Notes: generated from the letters alone by a model not told the origin. Counted from the first letter of the stretch, positions 1-13,752 are shown. The stretch is DNA of 64,000 nt from Takakia lepidozioides (GCA_030704615.1 CM060731.1:5766001-5830000), one strand, 5' to 3'. A program made the numbers and translations.

Positions 1-1259
1 TTGATAGCAGCAGATTAGCTGCAAGGTGCTGTGGATCAGGTCTACGAACAAGAGGCCACACCTTTCAACAAACCCACTTCACTGCTGTTTTCGATTTTTA
101 AGAACCACTACAGCAGGTGAAGATTCTAATCTTTGGTCATCCTACCAAGGAAGACTGTGCTCCATTGTACAACAACAGCTTCAGAGTAAGATTCAAGTAA
201 GAAGAGTATCAATGTCCTCTTTATTTCTCTAGCACAGCCACCAGTCAGATATTTATCATCGCCTCATACCTCTCAGCTAGTCTCGAGCTCCCTCTCACGA
301 GCCCTCCGCAAATTCTCAGTGGGTGAATTGAGACAGGAGGATGGACCAGCACCACCAGAGAATATCGCATATTGCCCAAATTACAATACAAGCCAAGTGG
401 AAATAGAACACCATTTCTTCTTCTCTTCCCCTGCCTACTATGAAATCTGGGGCAGATATTGGTGCTTCTTCAGAGACTCCCCCATCAACAAACCCACTTC
501 ACTGCTGTTTTCGATTTATAACTGGCTGGTCCAACAATAAGAACAAAAACAATAACAATAAGAACCACTCAAAAACAAGCTTGCCGAACGAATCAGACAA
601 TGCAAGTCTTCTCACATCAGAGAGTTGCAGTGGTCAACATCAGCTCCGTCCACGACGAACATCTGCAGGACTTCAACTGTAGCAGGATATCCAAATTGTG
701 GTAAGAGACCCCCCTCGTCAAGCTTCGGAAGTAAGCACAACAAAACATGACAGACCCCTCTGCCACCTCTTTCCTATCAAGCTAGTTTCTCATGCAGTAG
801 AAGAAAGAATCCCAGTGGGGAAAGCAGGTTGCAAGAGCACATGTCAGCATCTCCATCTGTCAGTGGCGAATCTCGCCTCACATGCCACTGAAGGAAATAA
901 GAGAAACTTGTACTATACCAAAATTTATCCATCCTTCCATATTCCAGATCCACATGTCCAAGTGGACAATTTTACATGAATTCCTCTAACAACTCCTCGT
1001 GCAATTATTCATGTGCGCCAACAGCCTATCTTTGCTACAAACGACCTTCTGTCAACACATCCTGCACAATGATCCCCTTAACAAGCATGCACCAGACCAG
1101 TAATGCTGGACCATCACTTCCTGGGCAAAACTTGGTGGGCACTGTCACCTTTTCAAGGGAAATGAGATGAACACCTCAACATGCTATGCCAGATCTGTCA
1201 CGATCTAGCTCCATCTCTCCTTGGCTCTTTGAATAGAACAAACAGGAAACCAGCATCCT

Positions 1260-4200
1260 TCAAGATCTGAAAGAGATTGAGCCATCAAGAGTATTCACCA
1301 AAAGTTCCCGCAAATTGTGTGTTGCATCCTTGACGTCAGACTGGTCAAACAACGCCGAGACAACAGCCACCCCCTTCAGGTTTGCCGGCCGGGGTCCCTG
1401 CATAACAGCAACTACATTGGCAGCCGATATTCCACCAATTGCCACTACTGGAAGCGGGCTTCCCTCGCAGACAAGTCTCAAACCATCAAGCCCTATGGTT
1501 TTGTTGTTCTCTTTGGTGTTGGTTGGGAATACACCTCCAGAGCCTATGTAATCTGCACCTTCCTTCCAGGCCATCTTTGCTTGTTCAGGGGTCTTACAAG
1601 AGACCCCGATTATCTTGTTGGGTCCTAAGAGTGAACGTGCCCGTGCAACCGGTAAGTCTGTTTGCCCCAAGTGGACACCATCTGCATTGCAGGCTAGGGC
1701 TATGTCAATGCGATCATTGATCAAGAGGGGGACCCCATGTTCTCGTGCTATTTTCAGTGAGGCTTCAGCTTCCTGCATTCAGTGCATATAATCTGGTTCA
1801 GAGCATTAACATTGCTCTCTATAGTTTGCTGTACAGAAAGACCTAGCTCTCTCTCTTTAATCACCCTCTTTTACCCTTCCCTCACTAATGTGATTGACAG
1901 TGCACCACTTTCAAGTGTCACACTGTGTATTAATGCTGGAATGGTCGTCATGTCCTCTACTACGATGTCAGTGCCAGCACTTCATTGGTCACACAAGCAA
2001 CCCTCTGACCCAATGGATCTTGGTGCAAAAGTACTAAAGCATGTTTCCCTGTGGCCTTCTCACAAAGACTAACCTGCATTTGGGATCAGTTTCCTACCCT
2101 GTTGTGCTCAAAGCAATAGTATCCTGCAGGGACTAAGCCCTCAAGCCTACACTGAAGCAAAAAGATGGATCTGTCCAATCACAAATGTCTCCATCTACCT
2201 GTGCACTCCAACTCAGTCCCCTCTCATCTATCTGTACCTGTGCCGTTCATTATTTTCAAACAGAAGCAATGGATTAAACATATCAAACATACTCAATCAC
2301 AAAGAAGAAACATAAAGTAAATTTGAAAGAACATGAGTTGATATGAGCATGGAAACTAACATGAAGAAACTCGCCAGTCTCGGCCTCCTTCTCTCTGCAT
2401 ATCCATCATTTCTTTCAGTAGTAATCTAATTTTTGGAATGCTAAAAAAACTCCACCCCCAAAAATACTCACTTAATAGCTGAAGGGAAGATGTCAAAAGG
2501 AGGAAATAAAGACAGATGAAATGATGATTAGATAACAGAACGCCTATGACGTATTACAAAGCCCTTCAGTATCTATAGTGTACCTTATGGAACTCTTATT
2601 TCAGGGAAGATGAGCAACAGCCCCATAAGCCTACAAGACCACTAAGAAGGAAAATATATGGAGAGCAGAAAGAAATTGGATAAAGAAAATGGCACCTGAT
2701 TTGGATGATAGTAGCCCCTCCTTCAATAGCCCCCCTAACTGCCTCTGGAGTGGAACGGCCCCAACGTTTGTTCATTGCCACATCTGTGACTGCATACAGG
2801 AGAAGAGACTCAGGCTGGAACGCTGATTTGCTCTCCCAGTCAGTCAACCTGAAGAGGTGGTTAAGAGGACCTTGCGCCCCTTTCCCTATGGACAGCCCCA
2901 CACTCCTTTCAAGCGCCTCTGATATGTACTGTTTTGCTGCCTGTGATTTGGCCCCAAGGGCAGAGACAAAAAACTTTGTCAGAAGGTACTTCCATTGAGC
3001 TACCCTTCAGTCTTCCTTCAGGAGGAGAGGGACTGGTCTTTAAATCAAGCTGCACATTCGTAACCATGTGCCTGGTTGAATGATCTGTTGGGGACTGGGT
3101 GGGAAAGCCTGACTGTAATTTTGTTGTTTCTGGGTGCATTCTTAAGTAGACATCTTTATTGCCTCCTCCACCGGGAGTAGACCATGTAACAGTGTCAAAA
3201 CCATTTAATCTTCATTGTAACTTCCCCAGTCAATGTTTCCATTAACAGATCCACCTTCCTTAGTTCGACAACCCTTACCTTGTGGTTGATACCCATCATC
3301 CATGAATATCATCAAGACCATTAGCCCCTTGATGGGCTATGCTTGGAGATGGCCTATGGTTCCGCCTCTGGTCTTGTAGGATCAAGGGAAAGATGTGGAG
3401 AGTTGTCCACAACTTGTATGCTCACACCAAAAGCTGTGTCACTGTTAACGGACAGAAGTCCAACTTCTTTGACATAGACCAAGGTGTAGCTCAAGGATGT
3501 ACTCTCTCCCCTCTGCTCTTCAATGTTTTCATCAATCAACTCCTCGAGGATGTGGAAAGTGAGGGATTTGGGTTAAGGGTGGGTGATACCACCATACCAG
3601 CCCTTATGTTTGCGGATGACTTCGCAGGCATAGGGGAGACTCCAACCAATCTCCAGGAGTTGATTGATTGCGCGAAGAGATACTTTGATCTTTGGGGGCT
3701 AGAGGCTAATGTCAGCAAATGTGCAGTGGTAGCATTCAACGACAGAGGAGAGGGAGGAAGTGATCTTAAGTGGCAGTGGGGTAGCCAAGAGATCCCGGTC
3801 CTCCCTTCCTACACTTACCTGGGCGTTGAGTTCTCCTCCAATTGTAATTGGGATGCACATATCCGGAAAGTTGTTCAAACTGGCAAGGGCAAAGCTCTGG
3901 GGCTCACTAAATTTTTCCACTGCAGAGGGGTCAACTCTGAGGTTAAGAAAACCATGCTTTGTCGCGTTATTAGACCTGCCTTGGAGTACGGATCTGCTAT
4001 ATGGGTTGATAACTCCAACCAGGCTAAGTCTCTAGAATCCATTCAAGTGGGGGTGCTTAAGGAGTGTATGTCAGCATGCTCCAAAACAGCCAATGTGGCT
4101 GTTCGGGGTGAGTTTGGCATTCTGTCCTTAAGCTCCCGACGAGATGAATTCAAGGTCAGATGGTGGGGTCAGCTGCAACATATGCCCAACACCAGATATC

Positions 4201-7200
4201 CTAAGTTAATCGACTCTATATCTTGGAAACAGGACCGCCCTGTCAAACAGGCTAAGTCCTGGCAGAAGAGAGTAGAAGAGATCCTCAAGGACCTGGACCT
4301 GGATCCGCAAGTCTTGACCCTGCTGGATAAATCTGACTTAGAGGCTGTAGTGTCCTCAGCCATGTCTGTTGCCATGAGATTGTCTGATGAAAATGAAGTT
4401 AGGCAGAAAACTTCCCTGAACTTGTTTCCAGTCTGTGGGGGAGGACATCTTGGATGACCTCAAGGGTCTACCCACTCTCAGCACTAGACTGAAATTTAAA
4501 CTCAGGGCAGGAAGCCTACCTTTGAACAGCAAACAGAAGCAGAGAGGAAAGGGAGAGTGCAATTGCCCGTTGTGTGGGCAATCTGAAGACAGTATTCATT
4601 TTCTGATACACTGTCCGGGGTTCTCTCACCAAAGAGACGCTCTCTTCAAATCTATTAAGGGTATTGTGCCTGTACCCCTGTTTACCAACTTTGAAAGTCT
4701 CGAGGCTGAGCCAAAAGCCCAGGCCCTCCTGAGGCCTAGTTTTTGGGCAAATCACACACAGCAGATTGATGCTTGTGTGAAGGGATTTCTAGAGGATATC
4801 TGGAAAACCCGGATTAATTCTATATATGGAGGTAAGTCTTACTACCAACGTCAGCCCCTGACAGAGGTAGGTTCTGTCCCTTTTGTTCCCGCTCAAACTG
4901 GGCGCGGGGTCAATGGCCACAAGGCTACGGCAAACAACGTCTTATGAGTACAATCTATAAAGATATTACCTAGTCATCTCCATATGCTTTCAGTAACCAA
5001 CACTACCAACCAACCACAATTTCTCTTTTTCAGTCCAGTAGTATCTGCATCGTAACCACAATCTCGATTATCCTCCGCATATCAAGTTCTATGGATGTCA
5101 AGGTCCTCTAGTATTATCCCTTAACATCCCTCAGGACTCAAGGTTTCATCTTGTTCTCCAAAACAAGTACTCTACATGCACTGAGGGCACTCAAAATCTG
5201 AGAGACTAGAGATTGAGGCTCAAGAGCATATTTTATGTGAACTTTCCACCTTGGAGAATAACTCGATATGGACTAGTTAGATATGGTTGTGGTGGCTGAT
5301 TGTTGGGTTGCCATCTGTGTTTGTTTCCTCTTTTTTCTGACCCATAAGCTCATTTCTTCTCAGTTGACTTGTATACTGTTCTCTGCTATACAAAAAACAA
5401 TATAGATGGCATCAACAGGAGCCACTGCGCAACTACCCACTTGTTCTCTTCTCAAAATGTCTGAGGATCCATAGGGCTGGAACAAAAAATGAAATTATGC
5501 TATTTTGGATAAATACCAGAATGGCAGGAAGCATAGGGTTTCCTTTGGCTAGTTCAGCCGCTATTGCAGATGCCAATGTGCAGCCTGTGCCATGTGTATT
5601 CCGCGTCTCAATGCGAGGCCCAGGGAGCTCATGCCATTCCTTGCCTGCATATATGTCCATCAAAAGAATCTTCAGCAATGGTACAGAAGCCTGACCTCAA
5701 TAAATCAAGGATTTGATAATGTACACTATACTGGAAACCCTATATTGGGTTGCCCACTAAGCAGGATTACTCCAATCCAACTGTCTGAGAAGGGATGGAT
5801 AAAAATGTCTTGAGCTTGTGCATCTATATTCATGCCTTAGCAGCAAACATAAAACTGCAACATGTAAGTCCCACAACCCATTATGCCAGGAATGCCTCCA
5901 TCCAGGATGAGAATGGTCTACTCAACAGCCATCCAGAAAATTCTGTAGAGGAGTTGCTGGAAGCAAAAGTGATAATACCATCATATAGAACATCGACAAT
6001 GTCGCCTGGACCCGGTAAATGCCCACCCTTGACCAAAACGTAACTGTAAACAGCCACCAACCATTGCTAATTCATATCGATAACTATCTGGTCTGATACA
6101 GACTGCCATTTGATCCTGACTGCAATCTATACATCCATGTACATGTAAGGGAGAATCCAGACAGTTCAATGGCAAAATCAGTAGGAAAGATAGACCATCT
6201 ATCCGGCAAAAATAGATGCTCTGCAAAGTAAGAAACAGGACCCCTAGAAAGCATCAACCAACAATTAACAGTAATTATGACCACAGCCTTGTGCTCCCCT
6301 CCAACTTCATCTTTTCCCTCAGTGGGTGCAAATGTATGCAACACAAGAAGATGAAGAGAAAAACTAACTGAGGCCCCAGGCGGTGAATGGCAGCTGCAGC
6401 AGTGCGCATGTCAGAGATATTTCTCACACACTCTCCTCCAAGCAAGGCTGATGCCTCAGGTATGTTTGGGGTCACCAGGTCTGCCAATGGGAAGAGTTTG
6501 CCCCTACAAAGAAGAAGCCACATAATGATCCAAACTGAAGAATCATTCATCACATAAAGGTTTAGTTGATCTCTCTGTCTCTTCACGAGGAAAGAGAAAA
6601 CATACTAAAACAACCTAGCCAAGCAGATAAACGTCAACTGAGAAAATTTATCAGTACCTCTATCAGAAAGACTTCAGTAGTAGTAACCGTTTACAAATAC
6701 AATAGCTCGTGCAATAACATACCGAAGGGCACTAAGAGTAGCTGCCTCCACTAGCTTGTCACCACTTGTGGCCACCATAACTGGATCCACCACTAGCGCT
6801 GCCATGCCCTCCGCCACACCAATCTCTAGAGTCAGATTACCAGAGTTTTTACCTTTACTGTTGTACATTCAACTTATTTGATTACAATAAGCACAAACTT
6901 ACAGCAAAGAATGCTGTCATCTTGCACCCATATTGACAAAAAGAAACTTTGTGAGCAGCACATGAAGTACCTTTGACAGGATGGCTCTTGAGCACAGTGC
7001 AGAGACCCATTATTATGTCCACTGTTGGCAACATGCCTGTCTTTACCTGCATTTATCCCACCTCTCCCAGTGAAAACATTTACGAATCCTCAAATACTGT
7101 GTGCAATTTGGTCCAAACAATTCTTCATGTTTAAGGAAATAGCTTTGGCCCCTCACTAATGAATGGCATCAGCTGTATAGAACAACCAAAGCACTAGCTT

Positions 7201-9368
7201 GTATGGGGCAGTAATAAACTCGAAGACTGAGATCTCTAGCCTGGAGCCTGATATACACCATCCTTGCCTTATTCTAGCATCTTACAGTAGGTGACCTTGA
7301 CCAAATCTCTTCTTGGTCAAGGCGTATCTTGATGCCCACACAGTTTGTGCCAGATCATTACTTTTCAAAGAGTTCCACTCCAAAGTTGGTGGACGAAAGA
7401 GACGACATGTAGAGACACGAAGGGAGATACTCGTGATGTTGCTAAAGATGCTTTACCCTGAATAATTGCAGCAGAGAGTCCAGATGAGCCAGAGTCAAAA
7501 GAGAAAGAAAGAGAGAGACTGCAATAGAAAAAGTAAAAGCAACAGCAACTTTACAACGCCCACAGGGGGGCCGAAGACCCATGGGACCATAGACCCTGCG
7601 CACACTACCTTTGTGAGGGGCTCACTACAGTAGTGTGACATACCATTATAGTTCAGGGTTTTCCAGATATCCTCTAGAGAGCCCTTCACACACACATCAA
7701 CTTGCTGTCTGTGAGCTGCCCAGGAATTAGACCCCAACAGGGCCGGGGCTTTAGGCTTAGCCTCAAGATCTTCAAAAGTTGGTGAAAGAGAACATAAAAG
7801 AGGATAGAACCAAAATAGATGCAGAAGGAAAGAATTTGCTCTCACCACGTCAGCACCAATGTCGGACAGCACCGATTGCAGCTGTGTGTCTACAAAGTCT
7901 GCTGGGAGTCTGTGGATACCCTGCATTGCACCTTCATCAACTTCAAGCCCATGCCCCAACCTAAACCGTTCCATCCATGCTCCTGCTCTCTTTCTCTTTC
8001 TCTCTCCCTTTCTCAAAGAAATTAGTCGGGATATAGAGGCCCAGTATAAGGGGTCTCAGTTTTGTGATAGGAGTTTCTACAATGCTCACATAGATTGTGA
8101 CCGGGACCGAAGAGGCATCCTACCATCAACTTGAAGTAGGTACAAACTGTTTTTACTAATCATCACCCTTTAAACAACTAGATTAACTAAGTTGCCCGCA
8201 TCCATCCAAGGAGATCAAGAAATGCACCTGCACACCAGCTGTATTTTGAGCTGTAACCGCAGTGATTACTGTTGTACAATAAACACCAAGGGCTGCACAA
8301 GCTTTTATGTCTGCTTGAATTCCAGCACCCCCACCAGAATCCGACCCTGCAACTGAGAGAACCTGCGGAACCCTCCTAGGGACATCACCCTGGCTCTCCA
8401 ATGACACTGTCATGCTTGCTTGAATCAGACCACTCGGAGAACTCTCCCAACGAGGTACAAGGATAGGGAACTTGATCGAAGGAGGTGAGAGAGGTCGAAA
8501 GAAATTTCCCCTGGGATATGTTGCTCCTTGGCAGGTTCTAAAATATGGCCATACAGGCCTCCAATGTAAGTCCATCAAGACCACACGAGGTAGGGTATGA
8601 GAAAAGGCCGAGAGAGAAGTGTGGAGAGGGACCTGGGGCCGTATTGGACGATGTATGTACAATTGGGGAGGAAGAAGATATGTTATCTTTTGTAAGAAAC
8701 TCCAGCCACAGTCCCATCGCTGTTGACATCAAGCCAGACTCGATCCAACCTGAGGTCTCCAGTTCGGAAGAACCCAGCGGGGCCGAAGATGATGTCGAGT
8801 CTTATCATGTCCGAATGCATTTGCTTAATGGCCTGCAAGTAATCCATTCCTGCCAGCGTTGGCCATCCTGGACTCGGCCCTGCCAAGTACCCCAACAGAA
8901 TCAGTTAAGAGTGGAGTCCCATCAAGATGATGAATGACTTGCGTCAACTGTTCCATATCGAGTACCCAGATTCTTCCAATATTTCCCAGAAAATGTTGCT
9001 CGACAAATTCTGCCTCCCAAAACTCACAGATAAGTTAAGACAAATCTAAACAAAGCAACGGGCATGAAAAGAAGATGATGGACCAGTTTCCTTTGGAGAT
9101 CTATGAAGTCTCGATAGTTGGAAAGCAGACAGAAAAACCATGTGCTGCCTGGAGGTTATAGAGCTCGAAGTTTTCGTCTGTTTTCGTTATCATAAGCAGC
9201 TGTTTGGGGCTCTTCCTACCTCGTTTGGGGATTTTTTGGGCTGCTTGTCCAGAGCCTCTTTGAGGTTCCCACGGACGTTATCAAGACCCATTTCATTTCT
9301 TTCTCTCGTCTGTTTACCTGTGCCGTAATGGCAATATGGATCGGAGAAATGGTTTGGAAAGAAAGCAT
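1260..9368 (-). CDS. TH1: Bifunctional thiamine biosynthesis enzyme (HMP/HMP-P kinase ThiD + thiamine-phosphate synthase ThiE), plastid-targeted, ~11 exons
   Basis: Exons read by eye: 9368-9318 (tentative), 8632-8228, 7920-7846, 7046-6971, 6798-6723, 6503-6369, 6043-5979, 5644-5517, 2940-2696, 2394-2361, 1772-1260, all GT-AG and phase-compatible. ThiD motifs [56 protein letters not shown]; ThiE motifs [28 protein letters not shown]. Alternative start is ATG 8575. Confidence 0.95.
3344..4947 (+). mobile_element. 5'-truncated non-LTR retrotransposon (RT C-half + C-terminal CCHC zinc knuckle) in a TH1 intron, antisense to the host gene
   Basis: ORFs 3339-4457 and 4435-4947: [27 protein letters not shown]...[11 protein letters not shown]; one frameshift/deletion near 4440; no TSD found. 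Confidence 0.9.
7600..7790 (-). mobile_element. Older 3' fragment of the same LINE family in another TH1 intron
   Basis: [40 protein letters not shown] aligns with [40 protein letters not shown] of ORF 4435-4947. Confidence 0.8.
8683..8879 (-). CDS. Potato inhibitor I family (I13) proteinase-inhibitor-like ORF/exon in the 5' region of TH1
   Basis: [19 protein letters not shown]...[29 protein letters not shown] resembles the family pattern SWPELVG...A...I....G..VT.D.R.DRV.L.V...G.V; preceded by an acceptor-like TTGGCAG; start exon not identified. Confidence 0.6.
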
Positions 9369-9418
9369 GAACTCGTTACATACGATTGGGGTGCCAGATG
9401 CCGCGCTCTCTGGGCTGG

Positions 9419-9428
9419 GAGAGAGAGG

Positions 9429-9470
<42 letters not shown>
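9419..9470. repeat. (GA)n microsatellite between the divergent TH1 and PPR 5' ends
   Basis: Direct GA/GGA run. Confidence 0.95.
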
Positions 9471-9471
<1 letters not shown>

Positions 9472-9699
9472 AGCTGTGCATGGGAGGCAACGCGAGCATG
9501 CTTGATGTGTTTGTTGAGCAGAATTTGGTTTTGGAGTGTAAGTTAGAGATTTGAAAAGCGGATGTGTGAGGATTTGGCAATCTCTCAATGGTGGTGGTTG
9601 TGGAAGGTGCAGGACGTTGTTGCCAGAATGTTGCCCAGTACTGTAGCCGATCCGCTTGGTTGCCTGTTTGCTGAGAAACATATTTCTATTTGCGATGAT

Positions 9700-12600
9700 G
9701 AAGGTTGTGGGGTATTCTACTGGCACCCCGACCTTGATGACCTCTATTGAAAGATGTGAGAATGTGAGGAAAGTGAGGCAGGACACCTGAAAGAGGCCGT
9801 GGAGATTTTGAACCGAGGAGGTATTTTGCAGTGTTGGTCGGTTATCAAGGAGCCACCCGGTTAATTACAGGTTATTTGCCGGGTAAGGGTAACCATAGTG
9901 GGAGGTTATGAGCATAAGAGCATCTCCACGGTGCCACCGCACTTGCCCCAAAACGGCAATCTACAGGGGCGGGGTCCAAAAAAGTGCTCCACGATTGGCT
10001 CAGCCTGGCAGATTTGCTGCTGGCCCCGCCTTAATCCTGATGCCTGGCACTTTTGCCAATTATACGGGACCCGCCAACCACGACACATTGAAACGACACA
10101 TTGAACTTGAGAGCAGGGTGGCGGCTGCGCTGTGACGCTACTTGCACTCATGTGGAGATTACTATCGGTTTGCATTGATGCAAATCATATTTTTTCCTCC
10201 TGATATATTTGCTCTCCTTCTTCCACATTGTCAACACTTCAAACAATTATTTTGTTCGTGCACGTTGTGAGTATGGCTAGTTCAAGTTCAGGTCAAACTG
10301 TACGGCTGTACAGGAAAAACGAGTTTCTAATTTGTCTGCTCCACCTCGCGAAAGTTCAGGATCGGCTAACTTTAGTGAGCAAATTGTCAGTGAGATTGAA
10401 CTTGAGAGACAGGTAGATGTTGTTGCACCATCTGAGGGTATCAATGTTGCAGAGGATGTTTTACAGGTGCAACTAAATAGTTTGCATGCCCAAGCACGTT
10501 TCTGGAAACCTTATGCGTGCTCTTCCATTTGCTGGTCATTCGTCGCAGTCAACGATGGCGGAGCTATTGATGTTGGTGTGTATAATCTGTCATGGTGCAT
10601 CTGTGAGTTCAGATCTTTTAGCTCTTCGCACTCGTTGCAGAAAAGGCTTGATTACTTACTTCAAGGCCAATGGTATTAGTGCCATGAGAAAACATGTTGA
10701 GACGAGCACTTACGCTTAAGTAGTAGATACGATGAAGAGGTGAGCAGCAGGGCAAAGGATCTTTCGGAACATCAACCTGCAAAGAAGCGCCCAAAAGTCA
10801 CACCTGGTATGATCACTGAGTTCTTTTCTTCAGAAGACCTTTCAAAAATGACACACCCACACAAAAGTCCTTCCTTGAGAATCTTCTTTTGTTTGTGATT
10901 ACTTGTCGCTGAGGACAGTAGAATCAGTGTGGTTGCAAAGGTTGGCATTGTGCTGGTGTCCAAGAATTGTGTTTCCAAGACGATCAGTGTTTACAGACAA
11001 AATCTTGTCTGGTCTGGTTGACAAAACTGGAGCAAAGTATGTCATTTCAGTATTGACGTCGTGTATCATACCAACCGCCACCTTCGACTTATGGATACCT
11101 TTGACTTATGGATGTCAAGAGGTGCGCATGATATTTTCGCCGTTGTCGTTAATTTTCTATCCTCCAAAATAGGAGCCCAGACATGTGACGATTGGTTTAT
11201 TTGAAGTAAATCAAACTACTGGACAGGCCATGGCGATGCAGCTGCAAAATGTGTAAGACAAGTTTTCTTTGACAAATAGAATCATTTGTTATGTCAAAGA
11301 CGAAGGATCTAATTTGTCTACTCTAACCGTTGCATTAAGATCCATCGTGAGTTGTGAACCATTGGGATTGGAAGAGCCTTTCTCAAGAAATTGCTTCGCA
11401 CATGCCATGTCTAAGGTTTGTCAATATGCAAGCACTGATGAGAAAGTCTGTCGAAGGTTCTCTTATGTGTCCATCAAAGCTGCTCAAAGTGACATACAAA
11501 AATGTATCACCTAGCCTAAGAAATCCAGAAAAGGCCGACAAGCATGGGATGCAGCTTGTATCGCTAAGGGACTCCGCCCAAGAAAGCTCAACACTCCTGT
11601 GAAAACTAAGTAATCAGTTGTTTCATAGAATTTCGCTAAACGAGTTTGACAGGGAGCTCAAAGACTTCAAGATCAACATGCAGAAAGAAGTGATTAGTGT
11701 CTTGACTCATTTTTTGTCATTCATACACAAATTTGACAAAAAAAAATGTCATAACATGCTTGCTTTAATGCTCGATCCTCGCTTCAAAGGGCTTGCCCTA
11801 GTCAGTGAGTTCGTAGGAAGAGATGCAGCTCTTCGTATTGTTCAGGAGTATGACCAGTAATCTCTCATACATCTGCTCACAGATTGTCACCGTCGCATTG
11901 TTGGGTTTGATGGTCATGAAGAGTCACAAATTGATCCAGCACGCTTCAACACACTTGATCTTTTCCAAATGTCAGTGACGATATCAGAGACAAACAAAGA
12001 GTTTGTGACCAGGCCGGAATTGTCATCATTCCAACGCTTTATAGTGGACTTGGAGAGGTGTAATGAGCGTTTAGTGTGGTGGAAGTCCAATGAAGTCACA
12101 TTTCCTACTGTGGTTTTGTCGACAAATTCTAGGCATCGTTGGCAGCCAGGATTGAAACCGAAAAGATCTTTTCTCTTGTAGATTTACTTACATCACTACG
12201 ACGATGCAGACTTCAAATCAAGAACCTGGACAAAATAATATTTGTTGTAAGAAACTGGCCAGATGATCCACTTTAGAACAATGTCAGGAAATTGACGATG
12301 ATCTTGAAAAGATTTTGGAAGAAAATTTTGACGAAGAGATTGAGGGAGAAAAATACGTGCTCCTAGATCATCTGTCATAGGTTCTGCAGCCTGCTTAGAG
12401 TACTTCAGTTGTATCCGATGGTACGCACGTTATATTTCGGTTATATTCGGTTATAACAAAGACCTGACTTGAAATATCACCTCAGGCTATTATTTGTTTA
12501 TGAACTGGCAAATAACCCGACCCCACGTATTATAACCATAACATGCAAATAACCTTCATTCAAGGTGCATATTTTACCTACAACCGGAGGTTATTACTAT

Positions 12601-13075
12601 GTGAGTCAGCTTGTATAACCTGAACCTCATGAGCTTTGAAAAATTTGACAACCGACCAACACTGGTATTTTTCCAGACTCAAAAACGTATGTCTGCCTAT
12701 TGCAGGAATGCATCAAGATGAAAGCCCTATCAGAAGGGAAACAAATGCATGACCATATATTATCCTAAGTGGATTGAAACCAGACATCTTTCTACTCAAC
12801 ACCCTCGTCAACATGCATGCCAAGTGTGGGAGCGTTGTGGATGCACGCCTAGTGTTTGACACAATGCCTAGACGACGTTTGAGTACATGGAATATGATGA
12901 TGGCAGGATATGCTAAGCAAGGATATGTAAAGAGGCCTTTGAGACCTATGAGAAAATGATGAGGGAAGGGGTGACACCCAACCAGGTCACATTCATTTGC
13001 GTTCTCAAGGTATGTTCCAGCCTGGCAGTTCTTGAAAATGGCAGAATTGTCCATGCTGACATCCGAAAAGTTGGC
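9700..13075 (+). pseudogene. PLS-class pentatricopeptide repeat gene, split by a hAT insertion and 3'-truncated
   Basis: Removing 9829-12664 and one TSD restores GHLKEAVEILNRGGIFPDSKTYVCLLQECIKMKALSEGKQMHDHIILSGLKPDIFLLNTLVNMHAKCGSVVDARLVFDTM...TWNMMMAGYAKQG...GVTPNQVTFICVLK. Stops upstream, a frameshift near 12930, similarity ends ~13075. 5' limit approximate. Confidence 0.85.
9829..12664 (+). mobile_element. hAT DNA transposon with decayed transposase
   Basis: TIRs CAGTGTTGGTCGGTTATCAA / TTGACAACCGACCAACACTG; 8-bp TSD GTATTTTG/GTATTTTT; subterminal GGTTAT/ATAACC repeats; transposase relics TFDLW, YVKDEGSNL, CFAH, LDPRFK, WWKSNEVTFP, NWPDDP. Confidence 0.93.
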
Positions 13076-13140
13076 GACCATTTCCTCAATTGTGCCTTCC
13101 ATCTTAACTAATTAAAGAACAAACTTTAGGCTCGTCAAAC

Positions 13141-13752
13141 TGTCAAGGACGAGAACATGACTGAACACAAACAAAATATCAGACTAGAGGTATAAGACTA
13201 GACAAGAAGTCAAGGTCGGCGTGGCTGAATGCATGATGAGTAAACAGGAGTCAAGATGATCTTTATAACAATGGACAAGAGGACAAGATATTGGAACTCG
13301 ACTTGAATACTGGAATGCTCGAAACTGGACTAGAGTGCCAGATACTGGAAACTAGGCTAGAGTACTGGAAGCTGAACTGGAGTATTGGATCTACAACAAG
13401 AGTAGCTTGAACTTGTGTTGGCGAGACTGAAGAGTGTCCAGTCTCGCCTCCTATATATACTGGCTACTAGGAAGTTCCCTAAGAAGCTTCCCCAATGGAG
13501 GTTTCTTGATGGAGAAGTTTCCTTAAACAAAGGAGGTATCTTGATAAGAAGTTTCTTTCAAAAGAAGCTTCATGAGCAGTTTCCCAAGTTACTTTCGGTA
13601 ATTTGGTAAACTCCCGATAACTTGGTAACTAATGTTAACTCATGGTAGATCATGATAAATCACGGTAAATTATGGTAACTTTTGATAATATGATAACTTG
13701 GTAACTTCTGGTATTTACTCCCGGTAAGTTCCTCTGGGCTATGTCCGTGACA
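13141..13752 (-). mobile_element. Solo LTR, family B, copy 1
   Basis: TG...CA ends; reverse complement of 14473-14692 + 24781-25196; flanks CAAAC/CCAAG do not form a TSD. Strand inferred from TATA position. Confidence 0.85.

Noticed and set aside
1-9400. TPP riboswitch associated with the thiamine gene
   Set aside because: No CTGAGA...CCTGA...ATGC.GCG.AGGGA arrangement found by eye; plant TPP riboswitches are known from THIC/THI1. An Rfam RF00059 scan would settle it.
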